DNA of 64,000 nucleotides from Candidatus Eiseniibacteriota bacterium (GCA_041946735.1 JBHGAY010000001.1:64001-128000), one strand, 5' to 3'. Shown: positions 7,601 through 17,078, counted from the first letter of the stretch. Translations and numbers: made by a program. The notes: generated by a model from the letters alone, not told the origin.

Positions 7601-10296
7601 CCGAAGACCGGATCGCCGAAGTCGAGCCCCGGCCGCACCCGCGCCTCGAGGTCGATCTCGACCGACCGGCCGAGCGGGACGGGCCCGAGCCACGAGACCG
7701 CTCCAAGCGTGGCGTCCATCTCCGTCCCCTCCGGCCCCTCGGCGTCGAGAAGCTGCAGGTCGCCGGAGAGCAGGACGGTCGCGAGAGCTTCGGGAACGAC
7801 CGCGCGGCCCATGTTGCGGACCGTCGCCCGGAATCGAAGCGTGTCGCCCGACAGGACCGGCGGCTCGCCTCCCTCCACGATCGACAGGGAGCTGAGCGCG
7901 AGGTTGCCCTCCTCGAAGATCGCCACGGCCTCCGGGCCATCGAGGCTCGAGTGCGCCGAGACGATCGAGACGCCCGGAATGTAGGGCCGGGCGGAGTAGA
8001 CCGCGCCATGATCTCCGGGGGGAAGGTGGAAGGGGTTGCCGTCGCGGTCGGTGATGATCAGCCGGCCGTCGCGCGTGAAGGCGACGTCGGTGGGATCGAC
8101 GAGGACAGAGTCGGCCGCCGCAACCTGGATCGTCGCGTTCGCCCGGCGCACCTCGAAGATCGCCCCGGTGTTCGTCCCCAGCCCGAGCGGATCCGCCGTC
8201 AGGTCGGCGATGAAGATCCGTCCTCCCGGGCTCACGGTGATCCCGATCGGATCGACGAAGGAACCGCCCGGCAGCGGAACCGGCTCGACGGAGCCGCTCG
8301 CGCGATCGATCGTGAAGAGCGCTCCGTCGCGCGGGTTCGACCCGCTCGGATCCGCGTCGTAGTCGATGAGCAGCAGAGTTCCGTCGTCCTCGGAGACAAC
8401 GTCGGAAGGCTCCGAGAAACGGGAATCGGAGGCGACGAGGTCGAGAGCGCCGCTCTTCAGGTCGAGCGCGAAGACCGCGCCCGGTCTCCCCGCGAAGCCG
8501 CGCGGGTTGGCGTCCTTGTCGACGAGGAGGAGCTCGTCCGCCCTGCCGTTGGCGATGCCGAGGGGCACGCTCAACTCCGGATGATCGGCGAAGGCGAGCA
8601 GCGTCTCGATCTCTCCGGTCAGCGGATCGAGGCGGAAGATGCCGCCGAGCGGACTCCCCGGCCCGCCCGTCACCCCTCGCCGGTCGAGGATCGCGATCGT
8701 GCCGTCGGAAAGGAAGGCGACGTCGCTCGGCTGCTCGAGCGGCGGCCCCTCGAAGACCACCTGGGGGCGAGGCCCTTCGCCAGGAGGCTCGAGGATGCGG
8801 CCGACCGATGTGCCGCCCACGTTCTGATAGTCGGCCCATACGATCCGGCCGACCTCCGAGCGGCGCGCGACGTCGGCGTTGAGGTCGAACGTGCTCGCGG
8901 CCCGCTGCACGCGCAGGACGATCCGCTCGGAGATCCCGCTCCCCTCCGCGACGTCGTTGCGCAGCCGGAGGTCGTAGGCGATGTCGACCTCTCCCTGCAC
9001 CTCGACGTCCCCGCTCCAGACGATCGAGCGCGTCGCCGGAATGTAGCTGAACGCGCCGGCGGAGACGGAGTCGGAGCCGATGCGGAAGTCCCATGCCTCG
9101 CTCAGGCGATGCTCGAGCGTCACCGGGCGGCCGGCCGTCTGGCCCGTGTTGCGCACCCGCACGCGCACGCGCATCCGATCGCCCGGCTGCAGGGGCGCGC
9201 CGTTCTCGTCCTCCCACCGGACGAGGGAGGAGTCGAGCGCGGTTCCCTGGAACTGGGAGATCCCCGAGAGCGAGCGGAAGAATCCCGAGCCGATCGTCTG
9301 CGTGATCGTCCCGGTGGAAAGATCGCACTGGAAGAGCGCGCCGCTCGCGTTCGGGATCTGAAGCGGATTCGCCTGTTCGTCGAGCACCCAGATCCGTCCG
9401 CTCGGATCGCGGAGCATGTCGTACGGCTCGACGAAGTCGGGAGGGGCGAAGGCCGCCTGCACCGAGAGGTCCGATCTCCGCACCCGGTAGATCGCGCCGG
9501 GCGCTCCTTCGTGGCCGTTGGGGTTCGCGTCCCGGTCGAGGATCAGGTAGTCCCCGTTCGAGTCGAGACAGATCGCGTACGGCGTCACGAACGCCGGTTG
9601 CGAGAAGACGACCGTGACCTCGCCGGTCGTCGCGTCGACCCGGAAGAGCGCGCCGGGAACGAGACCGGTCCCGAGCGGATCGGCGCGGTAGTCCCAAACG
9701 AGAATCGAGCCGTCGAGGTCGTAGACCATCGAGCGAGGCTCGACCCACAGCGGACTCGTCGCAAACGGAGCGGCGATGCGGGTCGTCCCGTCGATCCGGT
9801 AGAGCGCGCCCGGCCGGGTGCCGAGCTGCGTCGGGTCCGCGTCGGAGTCGAGGAGCAGGACGTCCCCGGACGGTTCGAGCAGGATGTCGACCGGGTCGAC
9901 CCAGCTCCGGCTCCATGCGAAGAGCGTCGCCTTGCCGGGAAGCGGGTCGTTGGGATCGATGAGCCAGACCGCGCCGCGGTTCTGGCCGAGACCGTCGATG
10001 TCCGCGTTGGCGTCGACGACGAGAACACGGGCGTCTTCCATGGGGGCCGTGGCGACGGGATCGACGAAGCCGACGGGCGTGGCGAGGAGCCGCACGCGAA
10101 CGGGACCGCCCGGATCTCCGAGGAACAACGACCCCCGGAAGTCTCCCGTCGAGAAGGGGTTGGCGTTCCGGTCGGTGATGAGCAGATTCCCGCTACGGAT
10201 CTCCACCGCGGCGGCGGGGCGCAGGATGAGCAGGACGAGCGTCGCCAGAAGCACCAGCTCGTGGGCTCCCCATCCCCGGGGACGGGACATCCGCAT
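4675..10296 (-). CDS. Large secreted beta-propeller repeat protein with DUF11-like domains and C-terminal FlgD-Ig/T9SS-like sorting domain
   Basis: ATG at 10296 with GAGGAG RBS and a signal peptide ending AAA. 24 NHL-like repeats. Three PL..GD......V.N.G domains. C-terminus VFDATGRRVRTL...VWDGRNDRGHPVASGVYLL. Confidence 0.9.
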   Translation of the reverse strand: MRMSRPRGWGAHELVLLATLVLLILRPAAAVEIRSGNLLITDRNANPFSTGDFRGSLFLGDPGGPVRVRLLATPVGFVDPVATAPMEDARVLVVDANADIDGLGQNRGAVWLIDPNDPLPGKATLFAWSRSWVDPVDILLEPSGDVLLLDSDADPTQLGTRPGALYRIDGTTRIAAPFATSPLWVEPRSMVYDLDGSILVWDYRADPLGTGLVPGALFRVDATTGEVTVVFSQPAFVTPYAICLDSNGDYLILDRDANPNGHEGAPGAIYRVRRSDLSVQAAFAPPDFVEPYDMLRDPSGRIWVLDEQANPLQIPNASGALFQCDLSTGTITQTIGSGFFRSLSGISQFQGTALDSSLVRWEDENGAPLQPGDRMRVRVRVRNTGQTAGRPVTLEHRLSEAWDFRIGSDSVSAGAFSYIPATRSIVWSGDVEVQGEVDIAYDLRLRNDVAEGSGISERIVLRVQRAASTFDLNADVARRSEVGRIVWADYQNVGGTSVGRILEPPGEGPRPQVVFEGPPLEQPSDVAFLSDGTIAILDRRGVTGGPGSPLGGIFRLDPLTGEIETLLAFADHPELSVPLGIANGRADELLLVDKDANPRGFAGRPGAVFALDLKSGALDLVASDSRFSEPSDVVSEDDGTLLLIDYDADPSGSNPRDGALFTIDRASGSVEPVPLPGGSFVDPIGITVSPGGRIFIADLTADPLGLGTNTGAIFEVRRANATIQVAAADSVLVDPTDVAFTRDGRLIITDRDGNPFHLPPGDHGAVYSARPYIPGVSIVSAHSSLDGPEAVAIFEEGNLALSSLSIVEGGEPPVLSGDTLRFRATVRNMGRAVVPEALATVLLSGDLQLLDAEGPEGTEMDATLGAVSWLGPVPLGRSVEIDLEARVRPGLDFGDPVFGVLRISGPHSPNPDSAGARVVAPLGSGDLVVVDMNADEIGDGRNRGALFFVDAVQKQFESLLLADSSWVDPLAIEPIEPIEEGRFLLADPMGGAPAVIRTVDYLRATSETTIADPRLGYPTDLLRTRAGDLLITDPLATLHPGDSPGPVIFVQRGGSGPLEVFSQNPAFRHPAQIAEDESGRLWCADRLADPDGDPQTGRGALFQIDPQSGAVLDTLQFPEMQSPASVVPWTDNGLVLIDEASDAGGEGRGAVFLIDPDQRSLSLLLSDPRFRQLRNGAFSSSGELWIVDRLARDETKPGQPRTLFRWDPETDQLEAVAADPSLATPMEIYSFPGPNPRLRSYTFEDLDGPPLEGDDEVQVTAEIANIGPVETLAAVYSDTLPPSINLDPGSIQTPGGTVSLPTGLNGLVWTVDLEQGDQLQIHYGGRMRQTLQQGGVLNLRSHLRTSEGVHRMRKLTARLPVYYQEGFLYLADGDADPYELGNTPGALWKIHLSSGQTTAMGSDSQLVQPVATIALPSEPPTILMVDSEANPGGHPEAKGAIFRWIPETSGFELLVADSLFRSPRSAVAVDDHTILLLDAQADPNHLTAASGPGAIFRVDLATKRVETVVSDTAFASPRAIVRQDENHVFVIDADADPLAFRLRNGAVFRVDLATRQVQTYAASADFRGPIGGAIGPEGDLYVVDRDVVPIPDDGSRGAIFRLDSKGNVVSVLKSRKLRRPHSIAFDQVGRMVISDSDADANHTGGSPGAVFRKETFSDDLQLLAGLSRFRAPSGFFLYEPLTPIDLTAFEALAGDAGVLLTWQVGEAAFEGYVLERAEGLDPADGEYVALNPDRPVPREGPFEYLDETAEPEVLYSYRIEALLPDGGTMLYGPVTATARTLRFSLLPPAPHPFRGASTSLRFDIPKAGKVELAVFDATGRRVRTLRDETMQAGRHSEVWDGRNDRGHPVASGVYLLHLRWQDREATRRLIRLR

Positions 10297-10504
10297 GTCT
10301 CTCTCCTCGCAAGGCACCGGCGCTCTCGCGCCGCCGGGGCCACGGAAAACGATCGGCGGGATCGGCTCGGATGCTGAGCACGAAGGTTCTTCCGGCCGAT
10401 CCATCTTGGCCCCGCTACGCAGCTTTCGTCAAGGATCGGGGCCCTTGCGGACGACACGTTCCGTGATAGTTTCGGACCACGGGAGACAACCGAGGGAGGC
10501 GCCG

Positions 10505-11338
10505 ATGAGCCGCTCCGAAGGATTCCGGGAACCGGTGGTCGCCGGCTACTTCTACCCGGCGGACCGGGAGGTCCTGGCGAGGAGGATCGAGACCTTCACG
10601 CGGGGCGAGCCGGTCCTCCCGGAGCCCGGCCCACGAGGGCTCATCTGTCCGCACGCCGGGTACGACTATTCCGGTCCAACGGCGGGAGTCGCCTACCGCG
10701 AGATCCGGGGCCGCCGCTTCGACGCCATCCTCGTCCTCGCTCCAAGCCACTACGACCGCTTCCATGGCGCGACCATCTGGCCCGGGGCCGGGTACCGCAC
10801 CCCGCTGGGAGAGGTCAGCGCGCCCGCCGACATCGTCGAGGCCCTGAGCCAGCTCGCGGTAGGGATCCAGCCGGATCTCCGGGGACATCGCGAGGAGCAC
10901 GCGGCCGAGGTGCAGATCCCGTTCCTGCAGGTGGTCGCTCCCGGCGCGCCGGTCCTTCCGATCGTCCTCGCCGATGACCGGCGGGAGACTTGCGAGCGGA
11001 TCGGCGAGGCGATCGCCGCCGCCACGGCGGACCGGACAGTCCTGCTGGTCGCTTCCTCGGATCTCTATCACGGTCATTCGGGCAAGGATTGCCGGGAGAC
11101 CGACGCCCGCACCTTGGGAGCGATCGAGCGCAACGATCCCGACGACCTGGCCGAGGGGTTCGCTTCGGACCGTTACCAGGCGTGCGGGCGCGGGCCGATC
11201 CAGGTCCTTCTGCACGCGTGCCGCCGGGCAGGGGCCGAGAAGGTGCGCATCCTCAGCCGGACGAACTCCGACGAGGTCGTGGGACGGCCGGGCTCCTACG
11301 TCGTCGGGTACGCCGCCGTCACGGTCGCCGCCTCCTGA
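10505..11338 (+). CDS. amrB: AmmeMemoRadiSam system protein B (MEMO1 family)
   Basis: REPVVAGYFYP, ICPHAGYDYSG, EHAAEVQIPFLQ, ASSDLYH, ACG and VVGYAA motifs; GGAGG RBS. Confidence 0.92.
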   Translation: MSRSEGFREPVVAGYFYPADREVLARRIETFTRGEPVLPEPGPRGLICPHAGYDYSGPTAGVAYREIRGRRFDAILVLAPSHYDRFHGATIWPGAGYRTPLGEVSAPADIVEALSQLAVGIQPDLRGHREEHAAEVQIPFLQVVAPGAPVLPIVLADDRRETCERIGEAIAAATADRTVLLVASSDLYHGHSGKDCRETDARTLGAIERNDPDDLAEGFASDRYQACGRGPIQVLLHACRRAGAEKVRILSRTNSDEVVGRPGSYVVGYAAVTVAAS

Positions 11339-13656
11339 TCCCTCGCCCCGCGTGGCGACGGAACGCGGACGCAGAGCAGCGTCATATCGTCCTGCATCTC
11401 TTGCGAGCCGGTGAACCGGATCACCTCGTCGCGCACGCTCTCGACCACCTCGCGCGCGCTCGTGCAGATCCGCCCCCGGCCCTCGAGGAGCGAAATCAAG
11501 CGCTCCTCGCCGAACTCCTCGCCGGCGCGCGAGCGCGCTTCGGTCGCGCCGTCCGTGTAGAGGAGCAGGCAATCGCCGGGATGGAGCCGGAGGCGCTGCT
11601 CCGAATAGACCGCCTCCTCCATCACGCCCAGCAGGAGGTCGGAGGGTTCGAGCAGCGCGCACGTCGCGTGGTCGAAGCGCACCGGGTAGTTGTGTCCCGC
11701 GTTGCAGAAGGTGAGCACCATCTCCCTGGGATCGATGTGAGCGAGGAAGAGGGTCACGAACTGTTCCGGTCCGGTCGACTCGTAGAGCAGCTGATTCACT
11801 CGCGCGCAGGCGCGCGCGGTATCGGGGTCCTCCCGCAACAGAGTCCGTAGCGAGGCCTGGAGCATGCTCGCCAGCAGAGCCGCTCCGACTCCCTTGCCGG
11901 CGACGTCGGCGATCGCGATCCCGTAGCCACCGCCCTTGACCGGAAAGAAATCGAAGGAATCGCCCCCCACCTGCTTGCTCGGCAAGCTCAGGCCGTGCAC
12001 CTCGAACGGGAGCCCCTCCGGGAAACGAGAGGGGAGGAATGTCTGCTGGATCTTCCGCGCGACCGCCAGCTCCTCCTCGAGGACCGCCTTCTCGAGATTG
12101 TCTCGGTGGAGCAGGGAGTTGCGGAGCGCGATCCCCGCCTGGCCGGCCAGGGAGGCGAGGACTTGGATCTCCTCCCCGCGATAACGCATTCCGGAAAGCT
12201 TCGTGCCGAGGACGAGAAGCCCGAGACGCTCGCCTCCATGGCGCAACTCGTAGGACAGCGGGGGCAGCGGCGAGAGGACCGGACGGGCGGCGACCGGCGC
12301 GTCCGCTTCGGCCGCCGCTCGCAACCCGGCGGCCGCGAGGACGCCCGAATGCGGGTCCTGCGCGGCGCGCATCGCCTCCCTCCACTCGCGCGCCGTGAAG
12401 GGACGGCCGGCGCCGAGCGGCTCCGGGAGATAGGGCGCGAGCGAGGCGAGCCGCTCGACCATCTCGCCATCGAAGCCGGTGGCGCGAAGCGGGCGGTAGC
12501 GGCCGCCCGGCGGAGGCCCGTGCCGCTCCCCGGGAAGGAGGAGAATCGCCGCGCCGCTCGCCCCGAGCGTCTCCGGCAGCTGGCGGACCAGGTCCTCGGC
12601 CAGCGGCTCGAACTCGAGGGACTGCGAGATCCGGTCGCCGACCCGAAGCGAGAGCGCTCGAAGCTCGCTCCCGCTCTTCAGGATCCATCCCTCAAGCGAT
12701 TCCTCGATCCGGCTCATCAGAGGCTGGAAGAGGAAGACCGGCACGAGCAGCACCGCCCAGTCGATCACTCCGGGATCGATAGGCAGCGCGCCGGTCAGCA
12801 CCCGCGCTACCCGCCTCGCGATCTGCAGGTAGATGGCGATCAACAGGGCTCCGGCGGTCGCGTAGAGGATCGTCCGCCTGACGATCCAGCGGACGTCGAG
12901 GAAGCGGTGGCGGACGATCGCGTAGGCGATCGTCCCTGCGCAGGCGGCCAGCGATCCGACGAGGAGCGTCGAAGCGGCCGCCCCCCCGAGGCGCAGCCCG
13001 AGCAGGACGTTCAGGGGTCCCCCGAGGCTGTACAGGACGAGGCCGATTCCCATGCCGACCAGGATCGTCCGCATCTGGTTGCGCAAGCTCGACACGCGCA
13101 CGCGCGCGTGGTTGCGGAAGATCAGGAAGATCGAGATGCCGATGTAGGTGAGGTTCACGAGCGAGAAGAGGTAGCGGTGCCAGCGGAAGAAGAGCGAGAG
13201 GAGCACGCGCACCGGATCGAGGACGGCGGCCAGAAGCGGCAAGCGCGCGGACAGCCGGTCCAGCCCGAAGCTCGGTCCCCAGACCATCGCGAAGAACATG
13301 AGGAAGAAGTGAATCAGGTGCGGGACGAAGATCGCCAGCTCTCCCGATCCCCCCTTGTGAAGCCAGCCCGCTTCATGCGGGAACGACGCGGCGAACAGCA
13401 ACAGCGCCGGGAAGAAGAACTCCCAGAGCCAGGCGTACTGCGTGACGAGCGAGGCGGGAAAGCCGGCGCGCGAGGAGGCGGGGACAAAGAGCGAGCCGGC
13501 GCCGAGAAGCGATCCGACCCCGGCGAAGAAGAGCATCAGCGCCGTGACGCGGTTGATTCGGGCGCTGGTGTCTTCGCGAAAGATGACGAGCCCGAGAAGG
13601 GTCGTCAGGACCCCGACCAGAAGGTAGGCGGTCGCCAGAAGGCTCGCGTAATCCAT
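11296..13656 (-). CDS. Membrane sensor with multi-TM N-terminus, GAF-like region and SpoIIE/PP2C phosphatase domain
   Basis: ELAVARKIQ, VGGDSFDF, IADVAGKG, NAGHN, LYTDG and DDMT are RsbU-type PP2C motifs. Many N-terminal hydrophobic helices. Confidence 0.92.
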   Translation of the reverse strand: MDYASLLATAYLLVGVLTTLLGLVIFREDTSARINRVTALMLFFAGVGSLLGAGSLFVPASSRAGFPASLVTQYAWLWEFFFPALLLFAASFPHEAGWLHKGGSGELAIFVPHLIHFFLMFFAMVWGPSFGLDRLSARLPLLAAVLDPVRVLLSLFFRWHRYLFSLVNLTYIGISIFLIFRNHARVRVSSLRNQMRTILVGMGIGLVLYSLGGPLNVLLGLRLGGAAASTLLVGSLAACAGTIAYAIVRHRFLDVRWIVRRTILYATAGALLIAIYLQIARRVARVLTGALPIDPGVIDWAVLLVPVFLFQPLMSRIEESLEGWILKSGSELRALSLRVGDRISQSLEFEPLAEDLVRQLPETLGASGAAILLLPGERHGPPPGGRYRPLRATGFDGEMVERLASLAPYLPEPLGAGRPFTAREWREAMRAAQDPHSGVLAAAGLRAAAEADAPVAARPVLSPLPPLSYELRHGGERLGLLVLGTKLSGMRYRGEEIQVLASLAGQAGIALRNSLLHRDNLEKAVLEEELAVARKIQQTFLPSRFPEGLPFEVHGLSLPSKQVGGDSFDFFPVKGGGYGIAIADVAGKGVGAALLASMLQASLRTLLREDPDTARACARVNQLLYESTGPEQFVTLFLAHIDPREMVLTFCNAGHNYPVRFDHATCALLEPSDLLLGVMEEAVYSEQRLRLHPGDCLLLYTDGATEARSRAGEEFGEERLISLLEGRGRICTSAREVVESVRDEVIRFTGSQEMQDDMTLLCVRVPSPRGARDQEAATVTAAYPTT

Positions 13657-13736
13657 CGTCGGGGGCCCCCTCGTCCATCGCCCGCACCAGGCGGCGGCGG
13701 CGGCTGCGGCGCCGGCCCCCCTCGATCGACGCGAAG

Positions 13737-14249
13737 CTAGGAGGAGCTCACGTCCTCGTTCGGCTCCGGCGGCGAGACGTTGGGAAGAGCGAGGAGCTCG
13801 ACGGCCCTCGCGACCAGTCGTTCCGCAGCGGCGAGGATGACACGGGTATCCTTCTTCCCGCAACGCGCCCCTTCGTGGACCAGGTCCTTCTGATCCTTGG
13901 CGATTCGCAACAGGTCGACGAGTTTCGGATCGAGAGCGCCCGGCTCCACGTAGAGCCTCTGGACGCCGGCCGTGAGGCTGTAGAGGTTCGAGTCGCGGTA
14001 TCCGCCGGCAAGCAGGAGGCTCTTGGCAGCGCGATACATCGCGAAATAGGCCTGAACGACGGTTTCCTCGAACCGGCCGTTGTGGAAGCAGTTTCGGGCC
14101 TTCACCAGCTCGTCGATCCCCGTCTGGATCTCACGGGCAAGTGTCGCGTCGTCGACTTCCGCTGGCTTCAGTCTTCCGTTGCGGATGCAGGACTCGAAAG
14201 GATTCACGAACCCGGGCTCCCTCGTACTTGGCTCGCTGCGAACAGCCAT
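13737..14249 (-). CDS. HEPN domain protein (UPF0332-like), degenerate
   Basis: AYFAMYRAAKSLLL helix typical of HEPN/UPF0332; GGGGAG RBS before ATG 14249. Confidence 0.7.
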   Translation of the reverse strand: MAVRSEPSTREPGFVNPFESCIRNGRLKPAEVDDATLAREIQTGIDELVKARNCFHNGRFEETVVQAYFAMYRAAKSLLLAGGYRDSNLYSLTAGVQRLYVEPGALDPKLVDLLRIAKDQKDLVHEGARCGKKDTRVILAAAERLVARAVELLALPNVSPPEPNEDVSSS

Positions 14250-14364
14250 CTCACTCCCCAAGAATGTATACAGAACAACCAACTGCCACAAGGCCCGATC
14301 AGCGATCGCAGGAAAAACCGGCCCATAGCGGAGCCGTTTCGCGGCCAGCGGGCGGCGCGGGCGA

Positions 14365-15498
14365 TCAAGAGAACGCCTGCTCCAGGTCGGCCCGCAAGTC
14401 CTCCACGTCCTCGATGCCGACCGACAGGCGCAGCAAGCCGTCCTCGAAACCGCGGGCGGCGCGCTCTCCCGCCGGCATCGAGGCGTGCGTCATCGTTGCC
14501 GGGTGGCAGAGGAGGCTCTCGACGCCCCCCAGGCTCTCGGCAAGGGCGAAGAGATGGGTGCGTCCGGCGAAACGGGCGGCCGCCTCGAGGTTCTCCAGGA
14601 CGAACGAGACCATCCCCCCGAAGCCGCTCGCCTGGCGCGCGCAGAGGGCATGGCCCGGATGCTCGGGGAGGCCGGGATAGAGCACGCGCTGGACCTCCCG
14701 CCTCTCCTTCAGCCACCGCGCGATCTCGCCGGCGTTCTGCTCGTGCCTCGCCATGCGGAGAGGCAGGGTCTTGATCCCCCGCAGCGCGAGCCAGCAATCC
14801 ATCGGGCCCGGAACTGCGCCGACCGCGTTCTGCAGGAACGCGAGCCGCTCGGCGAGGTCGGCGCGCCGCACGACCACGATTCCGCCGACCATGTCCGCGT
14901 GCCCGTTGAGGTACTTCGTCGTCGAATGCAGGACGATGTCGGCGCCGCGCTCGAGCGGTCGCTGGAAGAACGGCGTGAGGAAGGTGTTGTCCACCGCGAG
15001 GAGCAGCCCTCCCGCGCGGCACACGGCGGAGACCGCTTCGAGGTCGACGATCTTCATCAGCGGGTTCGTCGGCGTCTCGACGAAAACCATCCGGGTCTGC
15101 GGCCGGCGCGCTCTCGCAATCGCCTCGGGATCGGTCTCGTCGACGTAGGTGAAGGCCAGGCCGAGGCCCCGAAAGACCTTCTCGAAGAGGCGGTAGGTGC
15201 CGCCGTACATGTCGTCCGAGGCAATGACGTGGTCTCCCGCCTGGAGGAGCTGCAGGACGGTGGAGATCGCGGCGAGACCCGACGAGAAGGCAAACCCTCG
15301 TTCTCCCGCCTCCAGCCTCGCTACGCACTTCTCCCACGCTTCGCGCGTCGGATTCTGCGTGCGCGCGTACTCGTAGCCCTTGTGCTTCCCCAGTCCCTCC
15401 TGGACGTAGGTCGACGTCTGGTAGATCGGAACCGTGATCGCCCCGGTGGAGGGATCGGGGTGTTGGCCGGCGTGCACCGCGTCGGTCGCGAATCCCAT
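14365..15498 (-). CDS. Cystathionine gamma-lyase/synthase (PLP-dependent Cys/Met metabolism)
   Basis: PIYQTSTY, YARTQNPTR, ETPTNP, VDNTF, HSTTKYLNGH (PLP lysine), ESLGGVESL. Confidence 0.96.
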   Translation of the reverse strand: MGFATDAVHAGQHPDPSTGAITVPIYQTSTYVQEGLGKHKGYEYARTQNPTREAWEKCVARLEAGERGFAFSSGLAAISTVLQLLQAGDHVIASDDMYGGTYRLFEKVFRGLGLAFTYVDETDPEAIARARRPQTRMVFVETPTNPLMKIVDLEAVSAVCRAGGLLLAVDNTFLTPFFQRPLERGADIVLHSTTKYLNGHADMVGGIVVVRRADLAERLAFLQNAVGAVPGPMDCWLALRGIKTLPLRMARHEQNAGEIARWLKERREVQRVLYPGLPEHPGHALCARQASGFGGMVSFVLENLEAAARFAGRTHLFALAESLGGVESLLCHPATMTHASMPAGERAARGFEDGLLRLSVGIEDVEDLRADLEQAFS

Positions 15499-15631
15499 CG
15501 AAAACCCGCCTTTCCTCTGTTCCGTGCCCGTCCGTTCTTCCGCCGTTCCTCACAGGTCCGCCGGACCGCGGGGCGACCGGGCGTGACCGCACGGTCGCGC
15601 TCGCGCCGTGCCGGGCGGGAGCGCCGGCGTT

Positions 15632-17044
15632 CTAGCGAGCGATGTACTCGATCAGGTCGAACCGGGTGAGGATGCCCACGATCTCGCCTCGCTCCTCCAC
15701 GAGGAGCGCGGGGAGCCGGTCGGCCAGCATGCGCGCCGCGTCCCTCACGGGAGCGTCCGAAGGAATCCGTGGCAAAGGAGCCTCAGCGAGCCGGGTCACG
15801 GGATCCTCGAGATGCGCCTCTCCTTCGAGGAGCTTCTTCAGGAGCGTTCCCTCGACCAGCGTCCCCTCGACGCGCCCCTGATCGTCGACGATCGGAAGCT
15901 GGGAGACGTTGTGAGCCTGGATCAGCGCGAGCGCGTCGCGCATCGTGCCGCCTTTTCGCACGGAGACGACCGGCGGAAGGCCGACCTTCTTCGCGCGGAC
16001 CACGTCGGCGACGCGCAGCAGCTCGGGATCGAGCATGCCGTTGTCGCGAAGCCACTCCTCGTTGTGGAGCTTGCTGAGGTAACGCTCGCCGGTATCGGGG
16101 ATCAGCGCGACGATCGTCTGATCCTCGCGCATCTCGCGCGCGAGCTGCAGGGCCGCCGCCACGGCCGTTCCCGCCGACCCGCCGCACAGCATCCCCTCCT
16201 CCCGCGCGAGCCGCCGGGAGACCGCGAACGAGTCGCGGTCGGAGATCGTCAGGATGCGGTCGAGAACCGAGAAGTCGAGGGTGCCCGGGATCATGTCCTC
16301 TCCGATCCCCTCGACCAGATAGGTGTGGGCGCCCGAGTGGCGCCCCGTCTCGAACTGCTCGCGCAGGATCGATCCTTCCGGGTCGGCGCCGACGACGAGG
16401 ACCGATGGGTTCTTCTCCTTCAGGAAGCGTCCGGTCCCGCTGATCGTCCCGCCGGTCCCCATTCCTGCCACGAAAGCGTCGACCTTGCCGCCGCACTGCT
16501 GCCAGATCTCCGGCCCGGTGGTGCGGTAATGGATCTCCGGATTGTCGGGATTGAAGTACTGGTTCGCGTGGAAGGCGCCCGGCGTCTCGCGAACAATTCG
16601 CTTCGCGACCTCGTAGAAGCTCTCCGGGGAGTCGGGAGGGACCGACGTGGGGGTGACGACGACCTTCGCGCCGTAGGCTTTCAAGAGGTTGATCTTCTCG
16701 CGGCTCATCTTGTCGGGCATCGTGAAGATGGCCCGATAGCCCTTGACCGCCGCGACCATCGCGAGGCCGACGCCGGTGTTGCCCGAGGTCGACTCGACGA
16801 TCGTCCCGCCGGGCTTCAATAGCCCCGCCCGCTCGGCCTGCTCGATGATGTGGACGCCGATCCTGTCCTTGACACTGCCGCCGGGATTGAAGAACTCGAC
16901 CTTCGCGAAGAGGGCCGGGCGCACGTCGCGCCCGACGCGTTGGAGTCGGACCAGGGGGGTGCCGCCGATCGTCTGGAGGATGTCGTCGTACCGGGCGTTC
17001 TTCTGGTCCAAGCGAGAACCCTCCTCCGCGAGCGGCTGCGGCAT
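15632..17044 (-). CDS. cbs: Cystathionine beta-synthase with C-terminal CBS pair
   Basis: KVEFFNPGGSVKDR, ESTSGNTG, GMGTGGT, PDTGERYLSK plus tandem CBS domains. Alternative TTG start at 17011. Confidence 0.95.
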   Translation of the reverse strand: MPQPLAEEGSRLDQKNARYDDILQTIGGTPLVRLQRVGRDVRPALFAKVEFFNPGGSVKDRIGVHIIEQAERAGLLKPGGTIVESTSGNTGVGLAMVAAVKGYRAIFTMPDKMSREKINLLKAYGAKVVVTPTSVPPDSPESFYEVAKRIVRETPGAFHANQYFNPDNPEIHYRTTGPEIWQQCGGKVDAFVAGMGTGGTISGTGRFLKEKNPSVLVVGADPEGSILREQFETGRHSGAHTYLVEGIGEDMIPGTLDFSVLDRILTISDRDSFAVSRRLAREEGMLCGGSAGTAVAAALQLAREMREDQTIVALIPDTGERYLSKLHNEEWLRDNGMLDPELLRVADVVRAKKVGLPPVVSVRKGGTMRDALALIQAHNVSQLPIVDDQGRVEGTLVEGTLLKKLLEGEAHLEDPVTRLAEAPLPRIPSDAPVRDAARMLADRLPALLVEERGEIVGILTRFDLIEYIAR

Positions 17045-17078
17045 GGGCTGAGGCCTCGGCCTCGCGCTTCGCGCCGCG

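Noticed and set aside
4726..10377. 1883-aa plus-strand ORF, and similar long antisense or alternate-frame ORFs (e.g. 16..1278, 18512..21709, 55928..58540, 58967..62197, 62309..63916, 62721..63899)
   Set aside because: Shadow ORFs of real genes, expected from high GC and codon bias; the translations are Arg/Pro/Ala-rich with no recognisable motifs.
15580..15605. GC hairpin between cbs and the lyase as a riboswitch (SAM) or terminator
   Set aside because: No U-tract and no recognisable SAM riboswitch core; such hairpins are frequent at this GC content.
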